Part shown: piece after piece, positions 39,051-52,672 of the stretch | Position numbering within the stretch: position 1 is the stretch's first letter | Layout of the letters: the number at the start of each line of letters is the position of its first letter | NCBI RefSeq assembly: GCF_009914755.1 | Contig: NC_060935.1 | DNA length: 64,000 nt | Origin: the human T2T-CHM13v2.0 reference genome, Homo sapiens | Strand: one strand, 5' to 3' | Position numbers and translations under genes: made by a program | Notes under the pieces: generated by a model | The model's database searches: none | What the model was told of the DNA's origin: nothing | Seen by the model: the letters and a program-made list of their open reading frames with translations, nothing else

Positions 39051-39594
39051 AATGCCCAAATCGTTCCATAGTGTGAGTAAAATATTTCCATAAGAATATA
39101 AGAGAGTAGCTAATTAAATGCTATGACATAACATAGGATGTGAGAAGAGAGAGAGAGAGTACTTTGAGTTGAACTGTCAGAGGATGCTACAATGAAAAGG
39201 GCACTTTGAAGAAAATATATGATTTAATTAGGCAGAAGAGAGAATCCTAACTTGTTCCCAAGCATTCCAAGTAGAGGGTGTTTTGAACAAAGGTCAAGAT
39301 AAGCATGACATATTAAGTGGTAGCAAGGAGGCTAAGCTGGCTGGACCAGAGAAACTGTTAGCTTAGGGAGTCCAAGGAGCATGTATCTTATGTTCTCTGT
39401 ACCTCCAGCACCTAATACAATGATTAGCACATAGTAAGAGCTCCATAGTGATTGGTTAGGAAATACTGTTAAATTAATAGTGGAAAATAAAGCTGAAGAT
39501 ATGATTTAGGAACTCAGAATGTCAAGCTGACAATTTTGGACCTAGCCTATTTGTACTGATAAGTCATTGCATGTTTTTGCATAAGGGAGTGGTA

Positions 39595-40170
39595 ATAATA
39601 TTTGTACTTACACAGTGCTAACTATTTATCAGGTGCTCTTCCAAGTTCCTTAACCATAGTACTTTATTTACTCTTCATAGCAAGCCTATGAGCTAGATAC
39701 TGTTATATTCCACACCATTTTTCAGATGGGAAACTGAGGTATAGGGAAGTTAGAAAACTTGTCGAAGGTCGGGCTGGGTGTGGTGGTTCATGACTATAAT
39801 CCCAGCGCTTTGGGAGGCCGAGGCAGGCGGATCACCTGAGGTCGAGAGTTTGAGACCAGCCTGACCAACATGGAGAAACCCCATGTCTACTAAAAATACA
39901 AAAAAATTAGCCGGGCATGGTGGCGCATGCCTTGTAATTTCAGCTACCTGGGAGGCTGAGCAGAAGAATTGCTTGAACCCAGGAGGCAGAGGTTGCGGTG
40001 AGCCAAGATCGCACCACTGCACTCCAGCCTGTGCAACAAGAGTGAAACTCGGTCTCAAAAAAAAAAAAAAAAAAAAAAAAGAAAACTTGTCCAAGGTCAT
40101 ACAGCTAGTAGGTGACAGAGCTGGGTTTTGATAAGTGGTCTGGTTTCTGTGTTCATACTCTTAACAACAC
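39595..40170 (-). mobile_element. MIR interrupted by AluSp
   Basis: cattttTcagatgggaaactgagg ... acttgtccaaggtcatacagctagta. Confidence 0.75.
39771..40080 (+). mobile_element. AluSp
   Basis: Diagnostic ctgaccaacatggagaaacc and gttgcggtgag; TSD gaaaacttgtc(g/c)aaggtc. Confidence 0.93.
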
Positions 40171-40434
40171 ACTATACATCCTTTTAGTAAAAATGGTTTC
40201 CTTAAGCTGTCTTTCTCCAGGGTCTATTTTCCAGGTTTCCTTAGCAACCTATCAATTTAGAAGTCAGTGGCATGAGTGAGCACTTATGTAAAGACCTGTG
40301 GCTTAAAGTTAAAAAGTTCCTGTCTTCAATGTGTTTTTCCAACTCCCTATCTCTGTCATGAATTTTCCTTTTGCCTGACAAAAACAGGAAGAACACAGTA
40401 GTAATTACCATTTTCTTAAGCATGTTAGCACTTT

Positions 40435-40787
40435 GTTTGTTTGGTTTTATTTATTTATTTATTTTTTGTTTTTTGTTTTTTTTTTCTGTTTTTTGAAGGG
40501 AGGAAGTCTTGCTCTGTCATTCAGGCTGGAGTGCGGTGGTGCAATCTCGGCTCGCTGCAATCTCTGCCTCCCGGGTTCAAGCAATTCTCCTGCCTCAGCC
40601 TCCTGAGTCACTGGGATTAGGCACACACTACCATAGGCACACGCTACCATGCCCAGCTAATTTCTTTTTTTGTATTTTAGTAGAGATGGGGTTTCACCAT
40701 GTTGCCCAGGCTGGTCTCGAACTGCAGTCTGCCCGCCTCAGCCTCCCAAAGTGCTAGGATTATAGGCGTGAGCCACTGCGCCTGGCC
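40435..40787 (-). mobile_element. AluS
   Basis: TSD atgttagcacttt on both sides; small internal deletion and a 16-bp duplication. Confidence 0.93.
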
Positions 40788-41099
40788 ATGTTAGCACTTT
40801 TATTAGATAATTAGTGATCACAGATATTATCTAAAATCAGAGAAGCTTCCACCACAAATGCCAAATTATAATTTCTTATGCTGGTATTTAGATTATGCTA
40901 AATTTCTGAGTCCAAATGGAAACTCATTTCTGAAGTCACATGTCATCTTGAAGGTGTGGGAACAAGGCATTGAGGCTTTATCTGAATAAAATGATATCTT
41001 AGAAAACCCAGAGCTTCCAGAAGGTATACGATGAGCAGAGCTGTGGCTGGCACGTAGCAGGGGCTTCATCATACTCATGTGTTAGATGAATGAGTACTA

Positions 41100-41300
41100 C
41101 CATAGTATAAAAGGAGCAGGAATTTAGACCTGGCTGTGGATTTCAAAACTGTCCCCTGAATCTATAGGCTGTGTGACCTTGGGCAAGTTATGTCATCTTT
41201 CTGAGTCTTGGTTTTCTCACTTGGTCAATGGACAGAACAATAACTACCTTACAGAGCAGTGGGGGAGGATTTAATGAATCAAAATCAGATCATTGTATAC
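41100..41300 (+). mobile_element. MIR
   Basis: ctgtgtgaccttgggcaagtta core. Confidence 0.75.
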
Positions 41301-42331
41301 GAGTCACCCAATAAACTGGTATGGAAACATTAGAATTAATTTTTTTTTAGTTCTCTGTTAGAGCGAACCTCAGTACCTCTCTTTTTTGCTATGTAGCCAG
41401 TGCCAAAACAGTAGTTGCCACTCTGTTATTGCACCTTAGTAATCTAACATATAATATTCTACATGCCATGATAAACTGACTAGGTATGTAAGGGGTCTAC
41501 ACCTAATTGTTACTGCTACTGTTAGTTATTCTTTGGGAAAACATTTTATTATATCAACATATGACAGAAGTTGATGACAGAAGTTTTGTTTTTATTGGTG
41601 CATGATGAAAACAGATTCCATTTCTAATCTTTGGAAATTTTGACACATCCTGTGCTTAAACCAAAGGGAAGAGGCAGTGTGCAAAAATGGGGAATGAACA
41701 GTATTAGGAAGCAGATTCAGTCATTTCATCTATAGCTGGTAGAACCAAGACAATGGAAGAGACTGTCAAATGTAACATGGTTCAGGTGTTCAAATCCCAG
41801 CTCTGCTGTTTATTAGCCATGAAGCCCAAACTCAACCTTTTACAGAATGGATGTAAAAATTAAGCAACTAATGTAATGTTTGGCACATGGTGGGAAATTC
41901 TGAATGGCGGTTCCAGTTTTCATTTAAATCAGAACACATTTATTATTTTAATCATTTACTCAACATGGAGACTCCACAGACACCTGTTAATAAAGAGGCC
42001 AACATGTTGTATGAAAGGGGCTAGAAATATAGGCAGAGGCCAGATCATGATGACCCCTGAAAAGCATGATTTCTGGGGGTAATGGGGGTAATTGAAGGAT
42101 TTTAAGGGAGAAAACGATATAAATCTATTAATTTTTCAACTTATTTTCACAATAATTACCTCTATTCCTCTCTCTCCCCTCCTGTCTTAGACTTTCTCTC
42201 TTCTCACATTTTTATAATATTCTATAAGTTTGTTAAACTTTAATTCTCATTAATTTGATCCCCAAAGCAACATAATGGTATATGTATTATTATTACCCTA
42301 ATTTTACCAATTTAAAAATAAAGTCTTGTAG

Positions 42332-42667
<336 letters not shown>

Positions 42668-42695
42668 AGCCTATGGTTTTTAATTGGTAAAATGA

Positions 42696-42780
42696 GGGCA
42701 ACACAGCCAGACCCTGTCTCAAAACCACCACCACCACCACCACTACCACCACCACCACCAACAAAACCCTCACAAAAAAA
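42696..42780 (+). mobile_element. Alu 3'-terminal fragment with (CAC)n tail
   Basis: gggcaacacagccagaccctgtctcaaaa followed by (CCA)n. Confidence 0.7.
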
Positions 42781-43479
42781 CCGAAGATGACATAGCTAGT
42801 AAGAGGCAGAATATAGACTTGAACAAAAATCATAGTATTCCAAGTTCTGTTTTTTCTGTACTCCATCACCATGATAGGAAAATAAAAACCAATATGGAAA
42901 CTGTGTCATCTACTCACCAGGGAAAAATATAGAATAGCTCTAAATGCCTTGCTTCCAGGACATAAAAAAATAACCGTTAGACTTGGAATAACCTTATTTT
43001 TGAGTTTCGTTTCACTACTATTTATTCAGTGATTATTCTCTGTCTTCCTGATGGCTATCATTTGATTTATAGACCCACTGAGAAAAGTCATTTCAAAATG
43101 TTATTATTTTGGAAAATATCACTGTGTTTTAACCTTGCCAATTTTGCCCCCAGCCCAATGCCTTTAAGAATGTGTATGTTCTAGAACTGTGTCTTTTGTA
43201 GACTGTTTCTGCTCAGGTTAGCATCACTACTAAATCCTGGTTAGTTTTTCATAGGGTTTATTGTACAGAAGTGACTTATATCTTGGTAGCTATAGTTCAG
43301 TTTCAACTCTCCATCTATGTTATTAGAACTGGATAAAAACCTCTGGAATTGTTGAGTCCATTCGCCTCATTTTACAGTTGGAGAGACTGAAGCTTAAACA
43401 GGGGAGTAGAATAACTCGGCGTGTGAGAAGAGGTTGTGGTAGAATTGAGAATCGAATGCAGATGACTTGGTCTCTGGTT

Positions 43480-43643
43480 GCCCTTGTTACCCTAAGTTTG
43501 GGCTCGGAGGCAGCAGCATCAGTAAAACCTGGGAGTTGTTAGAAATGCAGAATTTGAGGTCCCACTCCAGACTTCTGAATCATAATCTGAATTGTAGAAC
43601 TGTAGCAAGATACCTGTTTGCACATTGAAGTTTAATAAGCACT
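43480..43643. mobile_element. MER5A-like DNA transposon
   Basis: gcagcatcag..cctgggagttgttagaaatgcagaatt..tgcacattgaagtttaataagcactg. Confidence 0.75.
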
Positions 43644-44740
43644 GTTTTAAATTACATTGGGTTTTTGTTTGTGTAGGTGTTTGCAGGTGTGTGTGTGTTC
43701 CAGGCGAGGGCAAAGGACATTCAGGGAGGCAGAAGAGGAAGACAGAAGAAGGGAAAAAGAGGGAGAGAGGAGGAAGTATGGGCTGGAGGTAATGAAATGC
43801 TCATATGATCTTTAAACACTTGATAAAGGGGACTGGAATTCAGTAGTGAGCTTTAGGAGGGATAATAATCTACAGGGCATCTCTACATAGAAGATAGATA
43901 AAGCATGGAGGAGACTATCCAGAGAGTAGGAAGTAAATACTATTATCATATTTAGAAACTGGCTGATCCAGCTTAAAGAGCCATCAAGGAAAGGCTAGAA
44001 ATTAACATGAGGACCTCAGGATCCCAGAAGCTAAGGAGAAGTGTCTTAAGTTCTTTGACTAATGCTGTCAGATAACAAAGAAAGGTTAGAGAGATAAAAA
44101 CTGAAAATTCCCTCTTGTGTTTGATAGCCAATAGGCCACTGAATGTTTGGCTAGGAGCCCTAGCTAAAAACTGTGTCCTCTGTATTCTTGAAATTTTCAC
44201 TGGGCAGCTGTGTCAAATACAAACCTCAGGCCATTTTTGATGTTGATGGTAGAACCTTGTGCCAGCAAATGCCTCATCTGCCATGCTTTGCCGCAGCCTG
44301 CTCTTGGCCCCTGTCCTGCCTATCTCGGTCTCTCAATTCTTAGCTCTTGACTTGTTTGTTGGTTGCTGGATTCTACTTTCCATCTGAGTCTTCACCTGTT
44401 CCTTTGTGCGTTCCCTCCTTCAGACCACCAGTGCCTCCTAGCTTAGGTATTGCTTGGACTAATTTCCACTACAAGATTGTTTCTATTCCTCTCAACTCCT
44501 AGCACATATGCCTAGAGGTGAAATTATTCTAGCTGTTAAATTACAACACAAAATAACTGGGGGTATCAAACTGTTTACGTCTCGGTTTAATGTTAGAACA
44601 TGTCCCTAAGAGTAAGTAGATTACGGTTTAAAATAAGCCCTGGGGAGAAGATGGGCTTCTAGAAAGAAGTCCAGATTTGCCCTTGGTGACAATGCTTAGC
44701 TGATGTATCAGGAGGGAAGTATTAAAATTTAAGCCATTAA

Positions 44741-45073
<333 letters not shown>

Positions 45074-45448
45074 TTAATGTGATTTTTCAGTATCAGCACA
45101 ATTCTGGAAAGAAATAGAAAACATTTTGCAACTTTTAAAAACAGTTGGTAGAATTCAGACTTCTAATTACTACTTTAAAAACAGAATTATTGAAAGTTAT
45201 GGTGTAAAGTTTCCAATTGCTGACTTCCTTCCCTTTTTTAGGCTAGATTGCCTGGAATTGGAGATACTAGTGATTTATTGATGTCAAAAACATTGCAGAG
45301 CTATGAAAAGTTAGGAGGGGGAAAGATATCAAAAACAGGTGATAATAACCAAATAAAGCCATATTCATTGGTGCCAGCTAAAAACAATACTTCTTTGTGC
45401 CAGGCACTTACTGGGTTCCTTTACAGGAAGGAAACCAAAATATTTCAC

Positions 45449-46199
45449 TGAAACTACCTTTGCAAAAAGTATGACAGTGAGAGAAATCTAACATAGCTGA
45501 CTCCATTTTGCTTTTAACTTCACAAGCTAACTGTCTTTGGTATCAGGTCACCTAGCTATGGGAGGAATTGAGTTTCTAGTTTAACTTTAAAGCAACGATG
45601 ATAGCCCCTTCTCCAAACAAGCCCCCTCTAGGGATTGAAACTGCCTTTGTAAGACTACTGAAAGGCCTTAAGGTTAGGATTATGGGAGAGGTCTGAATTC
45701 TGCCAAGATGTAGGCATAAAGATAGCCAGCCATTGTTCCCTAGCTTGCTTTTCTATAATTCCTTACTGCTCAGGAGTCATGTACCTGGAGTTCACAAGAT
45801 TTGAAACTTCTTCAATTGCTCTAATAATATCACTATGGTCAAAACCTACGATTAGTCTTTGAGATATTTTTCAGACTTTTACATTCAAGTGGACCAACTG
45901 ATGCCATCCAGGCTTGGACTCATATCCAGAGGCTGAATCGGCATGCAAAAACAGTTTGGAAACTTCCATGATTTCATCCCCAACCAATCAGCAGTACCCA
46001 TTTCCTAGCCCCTTCCCTGCCAAATTATCCTTAAAAGTCCTAGCCTTGGAGCTCTCAAGAAAATGGATTTGAGAAACGTGTCCTGCCCTTCTGCTCAGCT
46101 GCCTTGTAATAATTAAACTCTTTCTCTGCTGCAACATCACTGTCTCAGTGCTTTGACTATTGGTGCCCCAGGCAAGAAGAACCCAGTTTGGCAATTACA
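45449..46199 (+). mobile_element. Solo LTR8-family LTR (LTR8A/B-like)
   Basis: tgaaactacctttgcaaaaagtatgacagtgagagaaatc...aattaca; 4-bp TSD tcac. Confidence 0.85.
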
Positions 46200-46555
46200 T
46201 CACCCCTAAATATTTTTCTTGACATAGTTCAAGATGGCTATTAAGAAGGGCTGTAAATAAAAGGCTAGCTAAGAAGCTGCTTTTTTGTCAGGGGAGATTT
46301 GCATCTGTAGAGAAAATCTGCATTGATACAGCCAGATTTTCTCTGAGGGCCTTGTTGGATCCAGGAAAGATTAACTGAGAGTCTGACACCTTTAAATATC
46401 TGAAAGAAACATTCACCATCTATTATCTCTGAGATTTCATCTGTATAATAAGACCACCTTTGCTAGGTAGGCCTCCTTTTTTTGTCCCCTTCCATAACCT
46501 GTTTTTCCACCATAACTTGTTTTGCCCTGATACAAGCCCCATTCTTTCTGTAACC

Positions 46556-47245
46556 TGTTGTCCAAAACACACCCCCAGGATGGCTAAATAGCAGAAAGGA
46601 GCGATTTACTGGTGATATTAGTTTGCAAACTTGGAAAAAATAGCCTCCGGACTGAAGGTGCTCTTTCTTTGAAGAGGGGAAGGACAGGTGTAAGTTTTAT
46701 GCATCACAGGGCCTGTATCACAGTAGAGTCATAAATATTCAGCATGTTTGGGGGGAATACTACACATATTTGTGGGAGGATGTCAAACACATTTGCAATG
46801 GGTAAACATATGTAACATACATCACATGTTCACTTTGAGGTCGGGAGAGGGGATAGTTTAGCATTAAAATTAGATTGAATTTGCTTATTTACATCAAAAG
46901 GTGAATTATAGAACACAAAGACAGTTTGTGCACACCCTCTGTAAGCTGACCCAAACTGGCTTAAGGTTTGCAATTGCTTATCAATAAAGAATGTTTGTAG
47001 GGCTGTCCCTCAGTTCAATCATACCTGTAGTGGTCTGGGTTGTAAATCAGGTCCGATGTGTTGTCTGATAGCTCCTATTGTTAGAGAATTTAGCAGGAAT
47101 GTAGTTTTTTGTGTAGCCCTAGAAATTTAAGGAGTTGCCATGCTAGCTGCCCTGAACCCTGGATCTGTAGGTAACTTTTGTTTTCTTAACCTTAGGGTCT
47201 GTCTTAGTTGACAAAGGGGCATCTATTTTTGTTTCTCAGGTAACA
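46556..47245 (-). mobile_element. Solo ERV1 LTR, MER67-like
   Basis: TG..CA termini; minus strand starts tgttacctgagaaacaaaaatagatgccccttt; TSD aacc/aaac. Confidence 0.7.
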
Positions 47246-49392
47246 AAACTCAAGATGGTACATAAGCTTCTAAATCCTATTGAAGAGTGGGCTAATTACT
47301 CTCTAGGTCTTCCTATACACACTAGTAAGTTTCTATGTCTTTCCTCCCGTTAATCTACCTTTTGTCAGTTGATTTTCAGCAAACCTTCTTCTGCCAGTGA
47401 AGGGGAAGTTTTCCCTTGGTTCCTATAACACATTAAATTACCTCTTTTAGTCCTCCTGACAGCTGTATGGAGTGGATATTATTATCTCCACTTTGGAGAT
47501 AAGTCTCAGCAAAACCATTATACCTAGCTCATTTGTAGCAAGAGACAAGATACAAACTCAGTATGTATTGATTCTGCGTATAATGGGAAATTTAAAAACC
47601 TGGCTTACAGTTAGTGGAAAAAAGTATTATAAAGGAGTATTTTCATATTTCCTTTATAAAATTTTATAAAGCAGATGCCTATTATATTTCACCAGAGGTA
47701 AAGTAATTCTAAATCTGTTATTGAAAGACAAAGCTGCAAGACTGAGCCTTGAAGCTAGATAGTTCTAGGTGACAAAAGAGAATTTCTAGTTCCTGGGCCA
47801 GCTGGGTCTGCTCTCAGTTCTGTACTTTTGCTTATGCTTAAAAAGCTGTTCAGTAAACCTGAAATATTTCTCTGCCCTGCTCTCCAACTGTACATCCAGT
47901 CACCGTTTGCAATGACTGCCCTCTCAAGGTTATCTGTGAGGCCACTTAGGTGCCATAAGCCTCAGCTTCTCCATCAGTCATTTAGGAGTAATAGAACTAG
48001 CACATAAAGTCATTCAGCATTTGAATGGCATAAAGCTACAAGTTATGTAGTAATTTTGATAATGAGTGAAGGAAAAATATAAAACATTGAAGATAGTGGC
48101 TGGCCTTGAAATCCCACCAGAAAACTAGCTCATAATTTTTTAAAACCAAATATTGTTTTATTAAATGAAAACACATTTATATGTATTAGGTGAATTCAAA
48201 GATCAAAAATGAAAAGAAAGTAGCTGAAACTAAAGGAAAACTGGCTTTCTGAAAGACATACAAAAATGTGTGTTTAAAACTGTTTTACAAATGACTAACA
48301 AATTCACTGAGTTTCATAACTGTTTGTCTTATTTGTGCAGATGGCTCTTAGTATAAGTGAGGCAACTCAATAATGAGGGACATTTGAGACATTTTAGGTT
48401 ATCCAGCTACACTTCAGATCTTATCATCATCTCTCTTAGCCAGTTAGCTTATGTTTCTCTTGAAGCAGTGATTATAAGCATTTTAACAGAATATCTCTCT
48501 GTGCTGCTGTAAAATATATGTTTGGTTTTTGAACCTATTTCCTGGCATACAACTCTTAAATCCTTAGAAACTCCAAAGTGATGTATTTTTGTATGCTAAT
48601 GCTAGACTGATGGCTGATAGCCCATAGGTAGGTTCAGGATGGGGGCTGGTTACCTGAAAAATCAAGGCATGATTAGAGGGTTGGGACTTTTAGCCCCATC
48701 TCCCCCCACATCCATTGAGTGGAGAGAGTTTGAAGGTTGAATTGACCACCAATGACCAACAATTTAATCACTCTCACCTACATAATAAATCTTTCACAAA
48801 AAACCCAAAGGGCCTGGGTTTGGAGTGCTTCCTGACAGCTGAACACTTAGAGGATTTTGGAGGGTAGTGTACCTTGGGAGGGCATGTAAACTTCAAAACC
48901 CTTCCATCATACCTCACCGTATGTGTATCTTCATCCACCTCCTTTGTGATATCTTAATAATAAACCAGTAAATATGTTTCCTTGAGTTCTGTGAGCTTTA
49001 GCAAATTAATCATACCAGGAGAGGGGCTTGTGGTGTCAGAGATGTTCAAACCAGAGCAACTCCATCTTGAATAGGGGCTGGCAAAATAAGGCTGAGACCT
49101 ACTGGGCTGCATTTGCAGGACATTAGGCATTCTAAGTCACAGGATGAGATAGGAGGTCAGCACAAAATACAGGTCATAAAGACCTTGCTGACAAAATGGG
49201 TTGTAGTTAAGCAGCAGCTAAAACCCACCAAAACAAAGATGGCTATGAAAGTGACCTTTGGTTGTCCTCACTGCTTATTATATGCTAGTTATAATACATT
49301 CCCATGCTAAAAGACCTCCCACCAGTACCATGACAGTTCACAAATGCTATGGCAATGTCAGGAAGTTACACTTTGTGGTCTAAAAGGGGGAG

Positions 49393-51500
49393 TGTGATAG
49401 TTAATATTGAGTGTCAACTTGACTGGATTGAAGGATGGAAAGTATTGTTACTGAGTGTGTGTCTGTGAGGGTGTTGCTGTCACAAGATCCTTGGGGTGTC
49501 TCTTCACCAGCTGAAAACCTCTGTGTACAGCAGCACCTTCTGCCTGGGTATTGCTGGTGCCTGCTAGGCTTGTTCCGCCCATTTGTTCAGGCAGGCTGCG
49601 CTCAGCTTGTGCTACTGGCCCAGATCCCACACCTTCCAAGGGTAAGCCAGGCATGGAGCAGTGAGGGGTGTGTGTATGAGCAAGCATGGGGTCTGGCCAC
49701 TGTGCACAGCCAGGCATACTACCTGCTGTGGTGGAGTGGGCAGCTCCAGGCACCAGCACAGGTGCTGGCTCTGTGCAAGGTTACAGCTGGACCAGATGTA
49801 CCACATGCGGCTTCCACTGTGGGTACCTGTGTCTGGACAAGGGGAATTCAGTGGCTCCCAGAAACTTGGAAACACCAGGAACCACAGAGCCCCAAAGGAG
49901 GGTGTCACAGCCCTCGCTCAGGGAGCCTCTGGGTCTGGATTCTCTGAAAGGCTGCAGCTCTTCTTTCCTTCTCATTGCCTGCAACATAGTGAGTGGTTGG
50001 GGGTGGGGGCATGTTTCAGCTCTCTTTATGTTACAGCTCTTTCAGTCCCATCATTTGGTAGGTTCCAACTTATTGTCCTGTGTCCAGGAAGAATGTGGTA
50101 CTCAGACAACTGGAGGGGTGAGCAAGATGCAGGTGAGCTTCATTGAGTGACAGAAAAGCTCTGAGGAGACCTACAGTGGGTAGCTCCTTTGTGCAGGCAG
50201 GTCATCCCAATGAGTGTCCAGCTCTCAGTAGAGAAGAGACCCGCATTGGGTAGCTCTTTCCACAGGCAGGTTTTCCTGAGGAGTCAAGGAGACCTGAAGT
50301 GGGTAGCTCCTTCCCACAGCTGGTAGTCCCAGTGTCTGCTTGAGTCTGGCTGAGTCTGGGGTTTTTATGGTCTCAGAAGGGAGGAGGTGTGTGCTGATTG
50401 GTACATGGATGGCCATGGGCGGGCCTGAAAAAAGCACCATAAGTTCTTACTCCCAGCCACGAACTACACCCTGAACTGACAGCCTGGATCCCAGGCTTCA
50501 GATGGTCCTTGGTTTCACGGTGGAATTTCACCAGGCATCCACCCCTGTCTGCCTCCTGCCATCAACATGCTGTCCATGGTGCCCAGTCTGTGCTGAGAGG
50601 CACCTGTAGGCCTGTGCTCAACCACCCTCAGCCCCTCACAGCCTCCTTCCTGTGCTCTTGGGCACCCAAAGTCCAGAGGGGGCTGAGTTGTCAGGGGGCT
50701 GGCATGTCAGTGCCACCCTGAACTCACACACACGCAGCCCATGTTGTGACAGTGCGACAACTTTGCTTCATCCCAGAGCAGGCTCTGAGGGTGGGAAGAG
50801 GCCAGGGAGAAGGAGCAGGCACTTTCAAGCCTGCAGGGGCAGGGGCTTCCTGGGCCTCTGAGAGTGTAGAGATGGCAGAGTCCAGCGCCACTGCTGGGTG
50901 GCTTCAGCTGCACCTGGGAGCACAGGGCTCCTGCCCCTTTAACTAGGGACAAGACTGTTGGCTCTTCCTGGCTCCTGCAGGCCAGCAGAGCATGTAGGCT
51001 TGGCCATGCCTCCCTGGCTTAGGTGGTGTCTTCACAGAGGCCACTCCAGATGCCATCGTTGCCAAAGGAGATTAAAATTTGAGTCAGTGGACTGGGAGAG
51101 GCAGACTGGCCTACAATCTAGGCGGGCACCATCTAATCAGCTGCCAGTATGGCTAGAATAAAGCAGGCAAAAGAAGATGGAAAAAGCAGACTTGCTGAGT
51201 CGTCTGGCCTTCATTTTCTCCCATGCTGGATGTTTCCTGTCTCAAACATCATATGACAAGTTTTTCAGCTTTTCGACTCTTGGACTTACACCAGTGGTTT
51301 GCCAGGGGTGCTTGGGCCTTAAGCCATAGACTAAAGGCTGCACTGTTGGATTCCCTGGTTTTGAGGTTTTGGGACTTGGACTGGCTTCCTTGCTCCTCTT
51401 ATTGCAGATGGCCTATTGTGGAACTTCACCTTGTGATCATGTGAGTCAATACTCCTAATAAACTCTAGTTCTGTCCCTCTAGAGAATCCTGACTAATATG
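49393..51500 (+). mobile_element. MLT2A (ERV-L) solo LTR (49393-49477 and 51059-51500)
   Basis: tgtgatagttaatattgagtgtcaacttga; gggtgttgc|caaaggagatt rejoins; 5-bp TSD gggag. Confidence 0.9.
49478..51058 (-). mobile_element. MER52-family solo LTR (~1.6 kb, GC-rich)
   Basis: Minus strand ends caccccaaggatcttgtgaca; 4-bp TSD ttgc. Confidence 0.85.
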
Positions 51501-51532
51501 GGGAGGAACCCTATAAGGTCTTAAGAAGGGGA

Positions 51533-51563
51533 ATTCTAGGAATTGCCCAACCCTTTCCTGGAA
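51533..51563. promoter_or_regulatory. Tandem GAS (TTCN3GAA) motifs in MER41B
   Basis: ttctaggaa and ttcctggaa at the positions of the MER41B STAT1 sites; activity untested. Confidence 0.5.
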
Positions 51564-52193
51564 AACTCAAGAATAATCCACCCCTTGTTTAGCATATAAT
51601 CAAGAAATAACTGTAAGTATACTTACTTGAACAGCCTATGCTGCTCATGTTCTGCCTATGGAGTAGCCATTATTTTATTCCTTTACTTTCTTAGTAAACT
51701 TGCTCACACTTTATAGATTTGCCTTGAATTCTTTCTTGTGTATGATCCAAGAACCACCTCTTGGTGTCTGTGTTGGGACCCATTTCTGGTAACAGTGGGA
51801 ACCCCAACTTGAAGCTAATATGTCAGAAGTTCCAGCAGCCTGGACTTAACAACTGATAGGGAGGGGGGTTGGTCTTATGTTACTAAGTTCTCAGCCTTTG
51901 GGATCTGAGACCATCGCCAGGTAGGTAGTGTTGGGATGGAATTGGAAGACACCTAGCTTGTGTTTGCAGAGGAATTTCTTGCTTGCTTTGTGTATGGGGA
52001 CTTGTACACATTTAGTCACAGAAGTCATCTATGTTGATTGTTGTGGTGTGAGAGAAGAGAGGAAAGATTGGAGATTTTTAATCTCACTATACTTGATTCT
52101 CTATAATTACAATTTATTTAATAAATAGTTATTTAGTACTTTGTAAATATAGCACCTGATATTCAGAACTGCGTACACTGTGATAACTCACAC

Positions 52194-52672
52194 TGCAAAA
52201 TTAAATAATTCTAACTTTATTGAATAATTCAAACTTGAAGCATTTGGAACAAACATTAAATTATTCTGAGCCTTGGGAGGAATGCAGCTATACAGCCTGA
52301 GTTTTGTGGCATGAAGCTGCAACTTCTGCCTTTTTTTTCTTTGAATAATTAGGAAGACAAAATGGCACCAGAGGTAGAGCCTCCTTAAATTACTACCCCT
52401 CTTCATGGAGTAATAAAGTAATCTTTCTCGGAATGTGGTAATCTGTAACTAGTCAAATTGCTGTAAAATATTGTGGTCTCATGTAGAAAACATAATCCTG
52501 TTACAATTTCTTTGTCTATGCCCACGTAAGTGTAATTTTAACTTCTCCACTTGGGAATGCTGACCTCATTCATTTGGAGTCAATGTTTCCTGGATGGCAA
52601 TTTTCAAGCTTTGTGCTTGAATAAATTCTATATGTAATCATATTTTCTGACCTTCACTATTTGAAGTTAACA
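52194..52672 (+). mobile_element. Solo ERV1 LTR (LTR54-like)
   Basis: TG..CA termini, 4-bp TSD acac, AATAAA near the 3' end. Confidence 0.65.

Larger units (their letters stand above)
45427..47430 (+). mobile_element. MER39/MER34-like ERV1 solo LTR in three pieces (45427-45448, 46200-46555, 47246-47430)
   Basis: gaaggaaaccaaaatatttcac|ccctaaata and ctttctgtaacc|tcaagatggt rejoin across the two inserts. Confidence 0.7.
49034..51794 (+). mobile_element. MER41B-like solo LTR (49034-49392 and 51501-51794)
   Basis: tgtcagagatgttcaaaccagagcaactccatcttgaatagg...ctggtaaca; TSD gtgg. Confidence 0.9.
48500..52090 (+). mobile_element. MER21-like solo LTR (48500-49033 and 51795-~52090), host of the nested stack
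   Basis: ttcaggatgggggctggttacc..gattagagggttgggacttt; ggggcttgtgg|gaaccccaactt rejoins across the insert. Confidence 0.8.

Noticed and set aside
49405-49425. DUX4-responsive site in MLT2A (and in the THE1 LTRs)
   Set aside because: The motif is mutated here (tgactggattga); the THE1 copies read taatggatta and tagttgaatca.
49435-51161. Cluster of overlapping 100-170 aa ORFs
   Set aside because: All lie in the GC-rich MER52 LTR, where stop codons are scarce; no recognisable protein.
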